Assembly: GCA_039096225.1 (NCBI GenBank)
Contig: JBBPEB010000004.1
Coordinates: forward strand, 1,240,001 to 1,304,000
Length of the DNA stretch: 64,000 nt
From: Blastocystis sp. Blastoise
Lineage: Eukaryota > Protista > Bigyra: Opalinata
Reading direction: 5' to 3'
Shown in pieces: positions 15,901 to 30,099 of this stretch. Within the stretch, counting starts at the first letter, position 1. The number at the start of each line of letters is the position of its first letter. The position numbers and the translations under genes were made by a program. The notes below the pieces were generated by a model, which saw only the letters and a program-made list of their open reading frames with translations, was not told where the DNA came from and did not search any database.

Positions 15901-18900
15901 TCTTTAATCTATATACAACTATACCTCATCTTCCTACTGCTCGTAATTATACGTTTATATTATTATATAATAATATGCCTATATTGGATATATCAGTGAC
16001 AATTACTACATTCACATGTTTAAAGTATTCTTTATTATCAACCTATTCAGGAACATTCAGTATGGGATTTGTACCTGAAATAAGAAGAGAATTAGATGTT
16101 ATTGTTAAAGATATTCATAATAATGAAATTCCTATTCCTATAAATCAACAATTCAATTTAACTTCTTCTCCTCCTCTTCTCTATTCTTATACTCTCAATA
16201 ATAATCATATCCATTTTCTAATAGATTCTCCTCTTCATCTTTCTTCTTATCGAGATCTATATACTATTACTATTTCTACATCCTTTGAAGATCAACCCTA
16301 TATAGAAATACTTACTACTACTGCTTATGCTTATCCTAATTTGAGTATATATATAATATATAATATATAATAATATTATTATATAGATCTTCTTGGATCT
16401 CCTTCTTATTTACTTTGTCCTGATGAATTAACTACAGGAATAGAATTCAATTGTACATTTCATCCACGAGATATTTATGGTAATGATATTAACCCTACTT
16501 ATATTCAACCATTCTTAAAATCAACATGTATATATATTTATTTATTTTTATTATTATTATTATATTATAAAGTGATTGATTCTAAGGGTAATAATCTCAA
16601 TGTATGTGATTTACCTTATTGTACAGGGAATAAACCAGCTATCTTTATTTTTGATCATAATACTATTTATACAAAGTATATATAATATATATTATATTAT
16701 TATTATTATATAGAATGTATTATATTGATGCTGATACATACACAATAACATTTTCTCTTGAATACATTCATTATGAACAACAATTTCAATTGATTATTTC
16801 TCCATCAATTATGGACCCTCAACAATCATTTATTCATTTCCCTTCTAATAATAATCCTATTCCTGTTCCTAATTATGAAGATTATGGAAAAAATGGTATT
16901 TATTATTTTATTTTATTATTATTATATATATAGAATTATTAGATGATGAAGGAATTAATAAAAGTATATATATATATTTATTATAGTTATTATTTATATA
17001 TATAGCTTATATAGCTGGTAATCAAATTTTCATTCATGTTCATCTCTTTGATATATCTTTTATATTATATTATTATATTATTATATAAATAAATATTTTC
17101 TTAATAATCACTCCTTTAATAATACAATAGAAGAAGATATATCAAAAGAATTATATATAGAAATATATAAGAATGAAACTCGTATAGAAACAGATAGGTA
17201 TATATATTTATTATTCTTATATATCTATATAGTTATGCAATATTAATTTATGGAAATGTATATGTATTTTCGTTATATTTATATACAATTGGAAACTATG
17301 ATATATATGTAAAACGATCAGGAGTAGCTTTATTAGTATATTTATTATATTATTATATTCTATATATATATGAATAGAATTCTCCAATACAAGCTATTAT
17401 AAAACCATCAGAAGCTACTTCCTATATATATACCTGTTCTCCCTTAGAGAATGAAGATAAGTTACCTGATGGATTATGTAGTATACATGGATTAAGAGAA
17501 AATGTATATATTTATATATTATATTATATTTATAGACAAAAGGATCATTCTTATTATCTACTGTAGATATATATGGGAATCCTGTATATACCTATTTTGA
17601 CACAAATCTATTCTCTATGGCTATTACATCTTCTGTATATTTATATATATATAATATATATATATATTATTATTCTATATAGTCAAATACAATGTTTATT
17701 CCACCTCATTTGACTGCTCAATTATATGATAAAGAACTTGGTATATATATAATATAATAAAATATAATATTTATATATAGGTCAATATTTAATAATCTAT
17801 AATGATTTAACTTCTACTCATCCTGGAAATTATATCCTATTTATATATAAGTAAATATTTATTCAAAAAATAAAAATTATTTTCTTTAATGAATATACTA
17901 ACTGAATATACACTTCAATTATATTATAATTCAACTTCTCCTTTTCCATTATTAAAGATTCAACTCTATCCAGCACAAATCAGATATCAATCTACAAGTA
18001 TTCTTCTTATATAAATATATATAAATAATATATATATATAGTCCTTAAGAATGATGAATGTGAACGTGTGAATACAACTTGTTTTATATATGTATATCTT
18101 TATGATATATATGAACGTCCAATAGAATTCGATGCCTATTCTATTTCTATTAAAATGGATGTATCACTGGATATAGAGGGTGATGGAAATCCTATTCTTC
18201 ATACTGAACTATTCCCTTGTATATTTATAAAGGATTCCTATACTTGTGAATATAAATTAATCTATTCTGGTGATTATATATATTATCCTATTATTAATAA
18301 TCATCAATATCTTCAATATCATTATCTATATCCTTTATATTATATATAATATAATTATAAAAATAATGATTTCTATACTATTTCTTAATAAACTTACTTC
18401 TATTACTCCTTTAGAACCTGAATATACAAATACATATATATCATTTATTTCAGAGAGTACTTCTCTATATACAGATGTGACTATGATTATTAAGATTCGT
18501 GATGCATTAGGGAATTTATTAGATATTAATACATCTAATAAAACTCTATTTGCTATTATTACTCTTGATTCAAGTGGAAAACAAAGATCTGTATGATTTT
18601 ATATATATTTAATAATTATTTCATAAAATTTCTATATAGCTTCGATTGACTATTCCTTTCAAATCTCAGACTCCTTATATACATAGTTTAACTATATTAT
18701 CTCCTTTATATGGTTATGGATCTATAGATTTTTATTTAACAGATATTACTTGGGATGATCTTACAAATACAGAAATCTATACAAAGATATTATTAGGTAC
18801 TCAACCAAATCTTGTTTTCCTTCCTTCTTTATGTAAACAGCATTCTTCTCTTAGTCCTTATATATGTTATAATAATATGAATGGTAATTACATAAAGAAT

Positions 18901-21900
18901 CCTATAGAATTCTTTGATAATGGACAAACTATTCATTGTGTTTCTGATTGGAATGATTGTCATAATAGTCTTACTTGTCCTCTAGGAATGGAAGCTTGTA
19001 TGAATCGTGAATCTGAAGATATTCATATAGGTTGTCAACAAGATATTCATAATTGTACTTGTCATGGATATATATGTGAAAATGGAGCTTGTGTTGATAA
19101 TTATATGAAGTATATAGATTGATTTATTTTTTATAATTAATATATTATAATATAATATATTTTTAGATGTCCTTCTTTTCCTATACATGATACAAATAAA
19201 GTAATATGTATTGATGGAACAATAGCTATAAATAAGCAAATGTGTCCTCAACAAGTTCATTGTCCACCTTCTACAATTACTTGTGGAGATCTAGTTACTT
19301 GTGCAGTATCTATAGAAGAATGTAATCAATATAAAAACTCTATTCAATGTCCTTCTTATGCTCCTATTTTATGTTGGGATAAAGTATTTATTTTATGATT
19401 TTTAATTTTTTTTTATTAATAATAAAAATAAATATATATATAAATAGAAAAGTTGTGTTATTGATCCAATTGAATGTCCTTCTCTTCGTTTTTGTCCTAA
19501 ACCACTTATTTTATGTCCTGATGGAATGTGTACACATAAGTATATATATAATAATAAATATTATAAATATTATAATTATAGTATATCTGAATGTATATAT
19601 ACAACATGTCCATTAACGTATCCTTATCGATGTCCTCAAGGATATTGTGTTAAGAATGCTACTTTATGTCCTTCTTCAATTACATGTCCAAAATATTATC
19701 ATTTATCTCCTTCAAATCAATGTATTTCGGATTCTATATTTATTTTTGGTGAAACTTATAATTATCAATATGATAATAAATTCTTATATTTAAATTTATC
19801 TGAAAGTGCACCGAATACAAGATCAAAAAATATGAATTTATATTCATCTTCTTCTATTCTTAATAATAATATTCAAGCTATTTCTTCTATTAAAACTATT
19901 ACTAATAATAATAATAATGAAGAAACTACTTTATTTCCTTATCCTCTCTATCATAAAGATGCTTATAATAATATTATTTATGAAAAATCTTTAAATGAAT
20001 CTACAATCATTAATATTTATACAAATTGTCCAAAGAACTTTTATAAATGTAATGATAATACTTGTGTTGTTTCTATGCTTGAATGTCCAACACATGTTTC
20101 ATATCCTTTATATATTTATATTTATTATATTTATTTATATATTTATATATTTTCTTTAATAAATTTACATGTCCTTCTCCTCTTGTATTATGTCCTGATA
20201 ATACATGTAAACCTTCATCTTTTTATTGTTCTCAAACACCTCTTTGTCGATCTCCTTATATAAATTGTCCTAATGGAGGATGTGCTTTATTCTATCAACA
20301 ATGTAGACCTAGTATCTTATGTACTTTTGAAAAACCTATTCTTTGTGATAATGGTACTTGTGTTGAAAATACTAAAGATTGTTATTCACAAATTCATTTT
20401 ATTGAAAGAAATCAACAAGGAAGTATATATATATTATATAATAATAAATAATAAACTATAATAAAATAAATCTTTAGAAACTACTACAAATATAACTATT
20501 CCATCTTCTTCAATATTATTAACATCTCATTGTCCTTCTGCTTATCCATATTATTGTTCTTCTAGTAAAACATGTGTACGAAATAGTTTATTATGTTCAA
20601 GTCCTGTTATTTGTCCTACTACAAGTCCTATATTATGTGATACTGGTTATTGTGTATCTTCTTATTCATTATGTACTGATGAATCTAATTATCATTGTCC
20701 ATTAGGATTCTATATGTGTGATTATCAAAAAATATGTGTAGAACATTCTTATTTATGTCCTACTATATCTGTATGTAGAGATAATGAAATGAGATGTGAA
20801 GATGGAGGTTGTTATATGATTGAAGATAGTACTTATGGTGTTACCAATATATTCCCTTATATCTATAATTCTTTACAAGAATATAGTGAAGAATATTTAG
20901 ATATAACAGAATATCATGATAAATCAGATTTAAATATAAAACATACAATAGAACAATGTGTTAGTAAATATTTAGAAATGTATATAGATGTATGTAATGT
21001 ATATAATAATAAAGAAGATATAAATAATTGTATAAATAAAATAAAAGATCGATATCAACATTTATGTTCACGTAATTATCAATTTTATCCTTGTAGAAGA
21101 TACAATATACATTATAGTGATGATAGTTATTATATATATAGTATATCTCCCTATTTTATACCTACAGGAGATCCTATTGCTTCTATAGAAGGATCTTTAA
21201 CTTCTATAAATAAATATTATTGGGATCCATTATCTACAGATACATCCTTTCAATCGAATATCTTATCGAATTCTATTCCTCCTCCTCTTTGTCCTAAAGG
21301 TAGTAAACGATGTATAGAGGGTAGTTGTATATCTCAAAGTGAACAATGTCCTTCTTATCGTATATGTCCAAGAAATAAACCTATTTTATGTAGTGATGGA
21401 TTATGTCATTATCATCAGAATCAATGTCTTAATACTATTCATTGTCCTATTAATTATAAATTATGTAATGATGGTAGTTGTGTATTTATAACAAAGAAAT
21501 GTCCATTATTATATTGTCCAACTACAAATCCTATATTATGTTGGGATCAATCATGTCATGTTTCTGAAGATGATTGTCCACCTATACCTCCTTATGTACC
21601 TTCAAATTGTCTTAATGGTAAATGTATTTCTACTGGAGCAAGACAAGTTACTAAATTTACTAGTTTCTGTAGTATTCATGGAGAATATGTTAAAGATCGA
21701 AGTGATTGTATTAATGGATATGAAGGTTATTATAGTATGTTTTTTTTTATTATTTGTATTTTTTTTTTTTTATTATTTTATTTTATTTTATAATATATAT
21801 CTTTTTATAATATAATAAATATCTTTTTTAGATAAATATTCAATGGAAAGTGATCATTATGTGACTGGTTTTTGTAGTTATGATAAATATTTATGTTCTG

Positions 21901-24900
21901 ATGGTACATGTGTTCGTGATTCTTCTTTATGTTCTGAACCTTTATGTCCTATGTTTAAACCTTATAAATGTATTTCAGGATTATGTGTATCTTCAAAAGA
22001 AGAATGTACATCGAATGATAATTGTAATAATGATCAATTTAGTGGATGGTGTCATAATACATTAATATGTTATTCAAAAGATAGTTCAAAGAATAATATA
22101 GATATTTATCATTCTTCTTGTGATTGGACTTGTAATACTAATGGATATATACGTTGTTTAGATGGTACATGTCGTCAATCTATAGAAGATTGTCCTCTTT
22201 CGAATGGTTGCTCTTCTTCTAAACCTAAATCATGTTATAATGGTGAATGTATTAAAGAAGATGAAGAATGTAGTCGTATGTTTGTTTATTTTATTTTTTT
22301 ATTTTATTTAATAATAATATTTATATTTATAATAATAATATTTATATTTATAATAATAATATTTATATTTATAATAATAAATAACTATTATCTAGCTTTA
22401 TGTGTTGCTCCATATAAACAATGTGAGAATGGTTTATGTATGATATCTACTTTTTATTGTCCTTATTCTTCTTATTCATTTATTCCTGAAGATACATCTC
22501 CTTCTCCTTCTTTATTTGTTAATTCATTATTGAATAAAGATATAAATAATAATAATAGTTATCTTAATAAAATAATGAATAATATAAAATCTATAATAAA
22601 TACTCTATATAATACAATAATCGATTCTTTTATGAAATATATGGATAAATCTTTCTTTACAGAAAATAATCTTCAGAAATCATCTCCTTTATTAAATGAA
22701 TATGAACATACATTAATAAATAATAATACTAATAATAAACTATCCTTATTTTCTTCAGAACTCTTTGAATCTCCTTTAGTTTATTTTGTAGATCGTCAAT
22801 ATTTATATTCTTATTTTTCTAGTCTTCCTTCATTATGTAGTGAAGATAAACCAATTCGATGTGCTATAGGTATATGTGTGAAGTCGTATACAGATTGTCC
22901 TTTGATTATGCCTTGTAATACAAGTAATTATAATACAAATTATATTCGTTGTTCTGATGGTAGTTGTCGTGCTTCTTCTTCTTTATGTACTGATCGAACT
23001 ATATGTACATCTCCTTATAATTATATGTGTAAAACAGGATTATATAATGGATTATGTGTTGAAAAAGAAGAAGATTGTCTTAGTGATAATGGTAGGTTTA
23101 TTATTATTACATATATATATTAATTAATAAATAAATAAATAATAAAAAATAATAATAATATATATAGGTTGTCCAGTATCATCTCCCTATAAATGTCCAA
23201 CAGGTCGTTGTGTGAAATATTCTTATAATTGTACAACTGAATATACCTATCATTCTTGTCCTCATGAAAGACCTTATAAATGTATTCGAGGAGAATGTGT
23301 AAGGAATGCTAATGAATGTACATTTATTAATGGTTGTTCTCCTCTTCATCCTATATTATGTTCTAATGGTACTTGTGTTTCTACAAGAAATGAATGTTCT
23401 TCTATTCTAAATTCTAATACATATTCTTGTCCTATTAATCAATCTTATATATGTCCAAATGGTCAATGTGTTTCTCATCCTTCACAATGTTTATTATTAA
23501 ATAGATGTTCTATATATCATTCTCAAGCATGTGCTTCTGGAGATTGTATTCCTTTACATGGTCAACGATATTCACCTATTTTATTATCTTTAAATATTAT
23601 AAATGAAGATCAATCTGATAATCCTTATAATTCTATAGAAAATTATACATTAATACAAGGAAAAGAAACAGATCAAGAAATTAGTTTTATATATAGAAGT
23701 TGTCCAAAAAGACCTATTTGTCCAAAAGATATTCCTTTTCTATGTGATGATATGAGTTGTGTAGCTCATTATCATTTATGTAAACCATGTATAAATTGTA
23801 ATGTATGTAGGTGATGTTTATTTTATTTTTATTTTATTTTTATTTTTATTTTTATTTAAAATATATACTAATAATAATATAATATATAGCAAGATCCAGA
23901 AAAACTTCCTTTTTGTCCTTCACATTTACCTGTAGAATGTCCTGATGGTATATATATATAATAATAATTATATAATAATAATTTTATAATAATAATATTT
24001 TATAGGTACATGTGTATTAAATGAAGGTGATTGTCCATTACTATCAAATTGTCCTGAGAATCTTCCTTATCATTGTTATAATGATTTATGTGTATCTTCT
24101 CCTCTTTATTGTGAAACATTAAATATAACATTATTTTCATCTCTTCCTTCTCCTCTTTCTTTTTCTTCTATTACATTATGTCCTGATGGATCTTTTCGTG
24201 ATATTTCTCTTTGTCCTCCTATTCCTCCTTGTCCTACTTCATCTCCTAAAAGATGTCCTAATGGTATTTGTGTAGATATCAATATCGATTGTAATTCTAT
24301 ATTTATATCACCATCAGGACAACAAGTAGGAAGATCTATTTATTCACCTTATCATTATTATGATTATTCTATTTATTCTAAAGAAAAATCAAATCAAATT
24401 AATATTCATTATGATTCTACTACATTATCTATTTTTATTCCTATTCTATATTCAAATAATAATACATATAGTTGCTTTATATCTACATATCAATTATGTT
24501 CAGATGGTATTTGTAGATTAACATGTCCTATTACTTATGGATGTATGAAGAATCAATTAAGATGTCCTGATTCTACATGTATATCTTTCAATTCAAATAC
24601 AGAATCTACATTATCATGTAAAGGATTGTATAATTGTCCAAATAATATGTATAGGTATGGTTGTTGTTTTTTAATTTTTTTTTATTTATTTTTATTTAAT
24701 TTATATTAATTATTTTATAATAATAACAATAACAATAAATCATTTATAGATGTTTTGATGGTAGTTGTCATTATTCTATATCAGAATGTTTATATTTGAA
24801 TCCAAGAGATATACTTCCTTATGATTATCGTATTACTTTATTAGGTCAAGAATCAAAACAAATTATTCTATATACTCAAACGAATGATTTTTATGGTTAT

Positions 24901-27651
24901 ATACATACACCTCATGGTATATATATATATTAATTAATTAATTAATAAAATATATTATTTTTATATAGCTCAATTACATTCTACAAATTTACCTATATTT
25001 TTATCCATAACAACATTATCATCTTCACAATTAAATCAATATACATATAAAGCTAATAATTATACACGTCTTCAAGAATTACGTTTTATTTCAGGAAAAC
25101 CTATAGCTATATATGAACCTCCTCGATATGATTCTTCTTTATTATCTTTACATTTACCTGTAATTCAACATGGATTAATATTAAATTTAACTTTTATAGA
25201 TATTTATAATAAACGTGTAGAATCGTTAATCAATGCAATAGAGATCGATTTAATGTTCCCTCGTAAAGTATGGTTATTACCTCGTGTACTTCAGAATAAT
25301 ACTTATTATCGTCATCCATTAGATATTACAGAAGATGAACATTGTATTGCTAAATTAAATGAAAAACGAAATGAATTTGAATGTTTAGATGAAATTCAAT
25401 ATCGATTTGAAAAAAGTATGATTCTATGTAATATCAAAGAAAGTGGTGTTTATGGTATTATTATAAGACCCAAATTATCAAAAGGATCTTATCCTTATAT
25501 ATATACAAATCAAAATTTCCAAATTAATACAATCACAATGATTATTTGCTTTGTTTATCTTCCATGTTTTATTATTTTATTGTAAGTTGTTTTTTTTATT
25601 AATTATTATTATTATTTTATTATTTATTATATTTTAAATTATTTATAAAAATAATATATCTATTTCTATAGATATTTATTATTTATGTTATTACGATATA
25701 AATTTCGATGGGATTTTATGAATAAGACCTTTGTGAAATTAGAGACAACAAAAGAAAGTGATCGAATTGAAGATCAATGGCATAGTGAAACACAAGAATG
25801 GATCAATAGTGGTATTGATTTAAGAGATCGAGGTAAATATCGATTAACAGAAAATCAATATGCTTTTGAAACTCAACAGAAAATGAAACAAGATGAATTA
25901 TGGAAAGAAAAATCTATTATAGTAAATAAAAATGAACAAGAAATTAAACGAAGAATTAAACGTATAAAAGCTTTACAGGTATATATATTTATTATTATAT
26001 TATTATATTATTATAAATTAATTTAAAAAACCTTTTTATAGTTATATTATACTTATTTACAACAATTACAACTACAGCCTCATTCTTTAACTCGTTCATT
26101 TAGTTCTCCTGGATATATATCCTTACAATTTCCTTCAAGTGATTCTTCTTCTATTCATAATGAACGTTCTTCTTCTATTAATAGTAATACAGATATGAAT
26201 ATACCTGAAGGAATAGATATAAATAATGTTGATTCTCATAGTATTCCTTCATCAACAATAGGATCTACATCTCCTATTTTAAAATCAACAGATAATAATG
26301 ATAAAGAACGTTTATTACCTTTATTACAAGCAACTATGAATATGAATTTAGAACATTCATTATTTAGTCATAGTATTCATACAATATCATTTAATGAATA
26401 TTATAATGCAAATATAACTCGATCTTATTCAATGAATAATTTCAATCGTACGAGTAGTACTTGTAGTACTTATGATCAAGATTCTATTCATAGACCTTCT
26501 TTATATTTATCCTATTCACAATATCATCATAAGAATAGTAATGGTTTTGATCATAAGATCAATTCTAGAGATCAAGATAGAGATCGATATCATTTATATA
26601 GTAATGATACTGAAGATTTATCTATGGGATTAGATATTGATGGAAGTGGAGATAGTTCTCATCTTTATAATAGTCGTAATAATTCATTTTATAGTAATAA
26701 TAATCAATTAAAACAATCAAATAATAAAAAGATGATAATCACAGCAGATTCTGTTGTAGGAAATCCTAATTTCTTACGTGGAGGAACTCTATTGAATATG
26801 AATCAAAGAAAGAATAATAATTATAATAATAATGATATTCAAGAAAATAATTCAAAGAATAATTTTAGTTTAAATTCTAGAAGAGAATTTTTATCAAAAA
26901 CTATAGATTCTTCTACAATAAGAAATATGAGATCTTCTATGAATATACTATCTTCACCAAAACAGAATCATCCTTTTAGAGCTTCTATGTCTATATTAAA
27001 TATATCTCATGAACCTATAGTAGATTCTAAACATCAATCCATGAATTCAAGTGTTTCTATATCAAATTCTAAATCGAATTCTAATTCTAATTCTTCATCA
27101 AAACATAGTAGTTTATATTCTTATAAATCCAAGAGAAATAATATTATTATTAATAATAATGAAAATAATATTGATATTATTCATAAAGAAAATAATGAGA
27201 ATAATGAATCAAATACACCTATAGAATCAACAGAAGAGAAACCTAAACGTAAAGTAAAAAAGATTATTAAGAAACGTATAGTAAAGAAGATTGTTAAGAA
27301 AAATAGTAATTCTCCTGTTTCTGAAACTATTGAAGATAGAAAAGATGATAATAATAATGATTTAAATGAAGATAATAAGAATAAGAAAAAAGTAAAGAAA
27401 ATTATTATTCGTAAAGTTAAAAAAGGATCTAAAAGTCCAATAGAAGAGAATAACGATAGTATAGATGATAATAATAATCATTCTTCTTCTAAATCTCCTC
27501 ATGATCCAGTTGATTCATCAACTATAAATAAGAATTGTGAAGAAAATAATGAATTACCAGATACTATAATATTAGATCGTAAATCATTATTAACAAGAAG
27601 ATCTCTTAATATAGATGCTCTAAATGCATCAAAAATGAATCAAATGAATAA

Positions 27652-27687
<36 letters not shown>

Positions 27688-28591
27688 AAATCGTGTGAAA
27701 TCTATGGTTATTCTTCCTCAATCTTCTATTAATAATAAATCTATAAATCAAGAAAATAATAATAATAATTCTTCATCTCCTCATCCTATATCTATTTCAA
27801 CTATATCTCCTACTCGATCAGGTATTCATTCTTATACTAATGGTCATTCACCTATTCTTAATAATTCAAATATACCTGTACCTATAATATCTACTATAGA
27901 TCCATCTAAACTATTAAATGATTCATCAATAAATATATCAAATCAAATTCCTATTTCTTCTAATAATACATTATCTCATATACCTATATATACAAATAAT
28001 AATTATCGATTAGATTTCAGTCAATCTCCTCTTCCTTTATGGAATAATAATACATCAAATAGATATAATTCAAATGGCTCTCCTTCTCTTGTTTCTCCTT
28101 CTCATCGAAATTCTTCTTTTGGCTATTATTCTGGACATCGAACTTCTTCTATTTCTTCTTCAGGATATTCATCTCAAAACCCATTATCCTCTCCTAATCC
28201 ATTAATATATCCTATTTCTTTGTCTCATTCTCATACTAATAATGAAAATATTATTGAAAATAATAAGAGTAATAATGAAAATATAACTAATAATGATGAA
28301 AAAATAAATAAAAAAACAAAAAAAATAAATCATAAAGAAAAACAAAAGAATAAAAATACCTTATTAACAAGTTCTAATAGAAATACTAGTATATCTCCTA
28401 TAAATCGTATTAGTCGAACTGTTATTCCTTCAGATCTCGATATTCAACAGGAACTTGATAACAAAGCTTATAGTCCTCCTCTATTTATTCCTCATTTACA
28501 AAATGATATAAAAACATATAAAGAAGGTGTAGAGAAAGATGGTTCTATTTCTTCTATTTCAACTATCGACGAAAATGAAAATAAAGAGTAA
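9968..28591 (+). CDS. Giant multi-exon type-I membrane protein: signal peptide, fibro-slime/PA14-like domain, Ig/filamin-like repeats, long Cys-rich CPxxxPxxCxDGxC array, single TM, Asn/Ser-rich tail
   Basis: Exon 1 MRIFYLLLFIYTTCLA (signal peptide) splices in frame to KSRELPAQDC. At 11.3-11.9 kb: FNTWF..YFPL..GLWVFINKHLFLDYGG..LGLIPGITYSISIFFASR (fibro-slime-like). RDxxGN-type motifs at 13-18.6 kb. Dozens of CxDGxC units at 18.8-24.8 kb. Hydrophobic ITMIICFVYLPCFIILL near 25.55 kb. The 798-aa terminal ORF ends at 28591. Confidence 0.85.
14110..14192 (+). other. U12-type AT-AC intron
   Basis: 5' ATATCCTT, branch-like TTTTCTTAAT, 3' AC; removal gives in-frame KTEIY|SPISFAG. Confidence 0.85.
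15849..15916 (+). other. U12-type AT-AC intron
   Basis: 5' ATATCCTT, TTTTCTTTAAT, 3' AC; in-frame GTYK|TIPHLP. Confidence 0.85.
17053..17111 (+). other. U12-type AT-AC intron
   Basis: 5' ATATCTTT, TTTTCTTAAT, 3' AC; in-frame HLFD|SFNN restores the DxxxN repeat motif. Confidence 0.8.
17832..17898 (+). other. U12-type AT-AC intron
   Basis: 5' ATATCCTA, TTTTCTTTAAT, 3' AC; in-frame PGNL|TEYTLQ; no nearby AG alternative. Confidence 0.8.
18328..18397 (+). other. U12-type AT-AC intron
   Basis: 5' ATATCCTT, TTTCTTAAT, 3' AC; in-frame YHYL|SITPLEP. Confidence 0.85.
20101..20168 (+). other. U12-type AT-AC intron
   Basis: 5' ATATCCTT, TTTTCTTTAAT, 3' AC; in-frame CPTHVS|CPSPLVLC restores the Cys repeat. 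Confidence 0.9.
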
Positions 28592-28996
28592 AGTTAGAAT
28601 TGTTGTTATTTTTTTATTTATATAATTGTATTTAATTTATTTAGTTGCTTAATTATTGTTTTTTTATGATATAAATATTAATTAAGTTTTTCTCAAATCT
28701 ATATATATATTAATAAATAAAAAGCATTGTTCATACTATTCTTTGTTTTTATAGTTTTAACGACAAAAAACTATTTTATTTTTATAAACAAAAGTAGTTA
28801 GACTAAATGATAATTATTATATCACAATAATTACAATTAGATTCTATTATAAATACATTTTGAAGATATCATTTTGATAATTTTGACTTATTCTATACTA
28901 TAATAATAAAAAGAAATATTGATTCTACTTTATTAAGTTCTTTAAACAATTCAGATACTTAAAATCTTGGTTTATTATAAGTTAATTCTTCAAAAT

Positions 28997-29144
28997 GGTT
29001 AGGGTTAGGGGTTAGGGTTAGGGTTAGGTTTAATATAAAATAATGGTTTTAGATTTAATATAAAAAAATAATAGATTAGTGTTAAATTGAATATTAAAAT
29101 AATAGATTAGGGTTAATATAAAATAATTTTTAGGTTAGGGTTAG
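28997..29144 (+). repeat. Interstitial telomere-like (TTAGGG)n tract with degenerate downstream copies
   Basis: GGTTAGGGTTAGGGGTTAGGGTTAGGGTTAGGTT at 28997-29030; further TTAGGGTT units near 29107 and 29135. Confidence 0.85.
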
Positions 29145-29348
29145 ATTTTTAATATAAAAATAAATAAATAAATAAAATAAATAAATAAAAAAAAATTTGA
29201 ATAAATGAATAAAAAGAATAATAAAAAGAATAATAAATAGAATAATAGAATAGAATAATAATAATAAATAGAATAATAGAATAGAATAATAAATAGAATA
29301 GAATAATAATAGAATAGAATAATAATAGAATAATAATAAATATATCTT

Positions 29349-29467
29349 GAGAACGGCCATATCAAGTGGACAACGCCCTAACCCGTCTGATCTAGGAAGC
29401 TAAGCCACTTCGAGCTAGGATAGTAGCGGTGTGGGGGACTCGCCGTGAAGTCCTAGTGCTGTTCTTT
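29349..29467 (+). rRNA. 5S ribosomal RNA gene
   Basis: ~119 nt GAGAACGGCCATA...CCCGTCTGATCT.GGAAGCTAAGC...TAGTAGCGGTGTGGGGGACTCGCCGTGAA..CTAGTGCTGTTCT. The terminal helix GAGAACGGC/GCTGTTCTT pairs; followed by an oligo-T run. Confidence 0.95.
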
Positions 29468-29472
29468 TTTTT
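29465..29472 (+). terminator. Pol III oligo-T terminator of the 5S gene
   Basis: T8 immediately after the 5S 3' end. Confidence 0.85.
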
Positions 29473-30099
29473 ATTTATTTTTATTTATTTGTATTTATTT
29501 TTTTATTTATTATTCTTTTTATTATTAATATCATTACTATTATAAAGCAAATAGGCAAAAAAATTCCCATTGGTCAGTTTTTGGAAAATTCATTTGATTG
29601 GCTACTATATACTAGAGTTTGTACCCACAACTCCTCTAAACTTACGGGGAGTTAATGTTTGGTTGAAACACAGTTCAATAGGATATAACATGTAGTTGTG
29701 CACCGTATATTTGGTTAAGCGATATTATTTATAATTAAAAAGTTATTAATAAAAAAACAGAAAACATGATTTTTGAGTCGTTTTTGATTGGCTCTTTGGG
29801 ATCATCCCGATAAAAATTGTTGACCAGACAATTGAAAAATAAACATGGGGTAAACTTGATTTTTTCTCAATCCCACAATAAACGTTATCCGTGTTTATTC
29901 TTTATATTTATCTATTTTTAAAGACTTTTTCATATTGAACACGTGAGGCCTTAACGGTCAAATTTAGATTGTCAATTTGACATCATATTCTGATTCAGGA
30001 GGTCAAAAAACCTAGGTGTACCAATTTTGAGCTCCTGAGGACGATTTTTGAGTGATCGATATTTTCTTCGATCTTCTTATAATCGACTAATATTACAGT

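Noticed and set aside
28589-28610. Polyadenylation-created stop codons with a TGTTTGTT signal as described for Blastocystis
   Set aside because: The genes examined have genomically encoded stops and only loose TGTTGTT-like sequence downstream.
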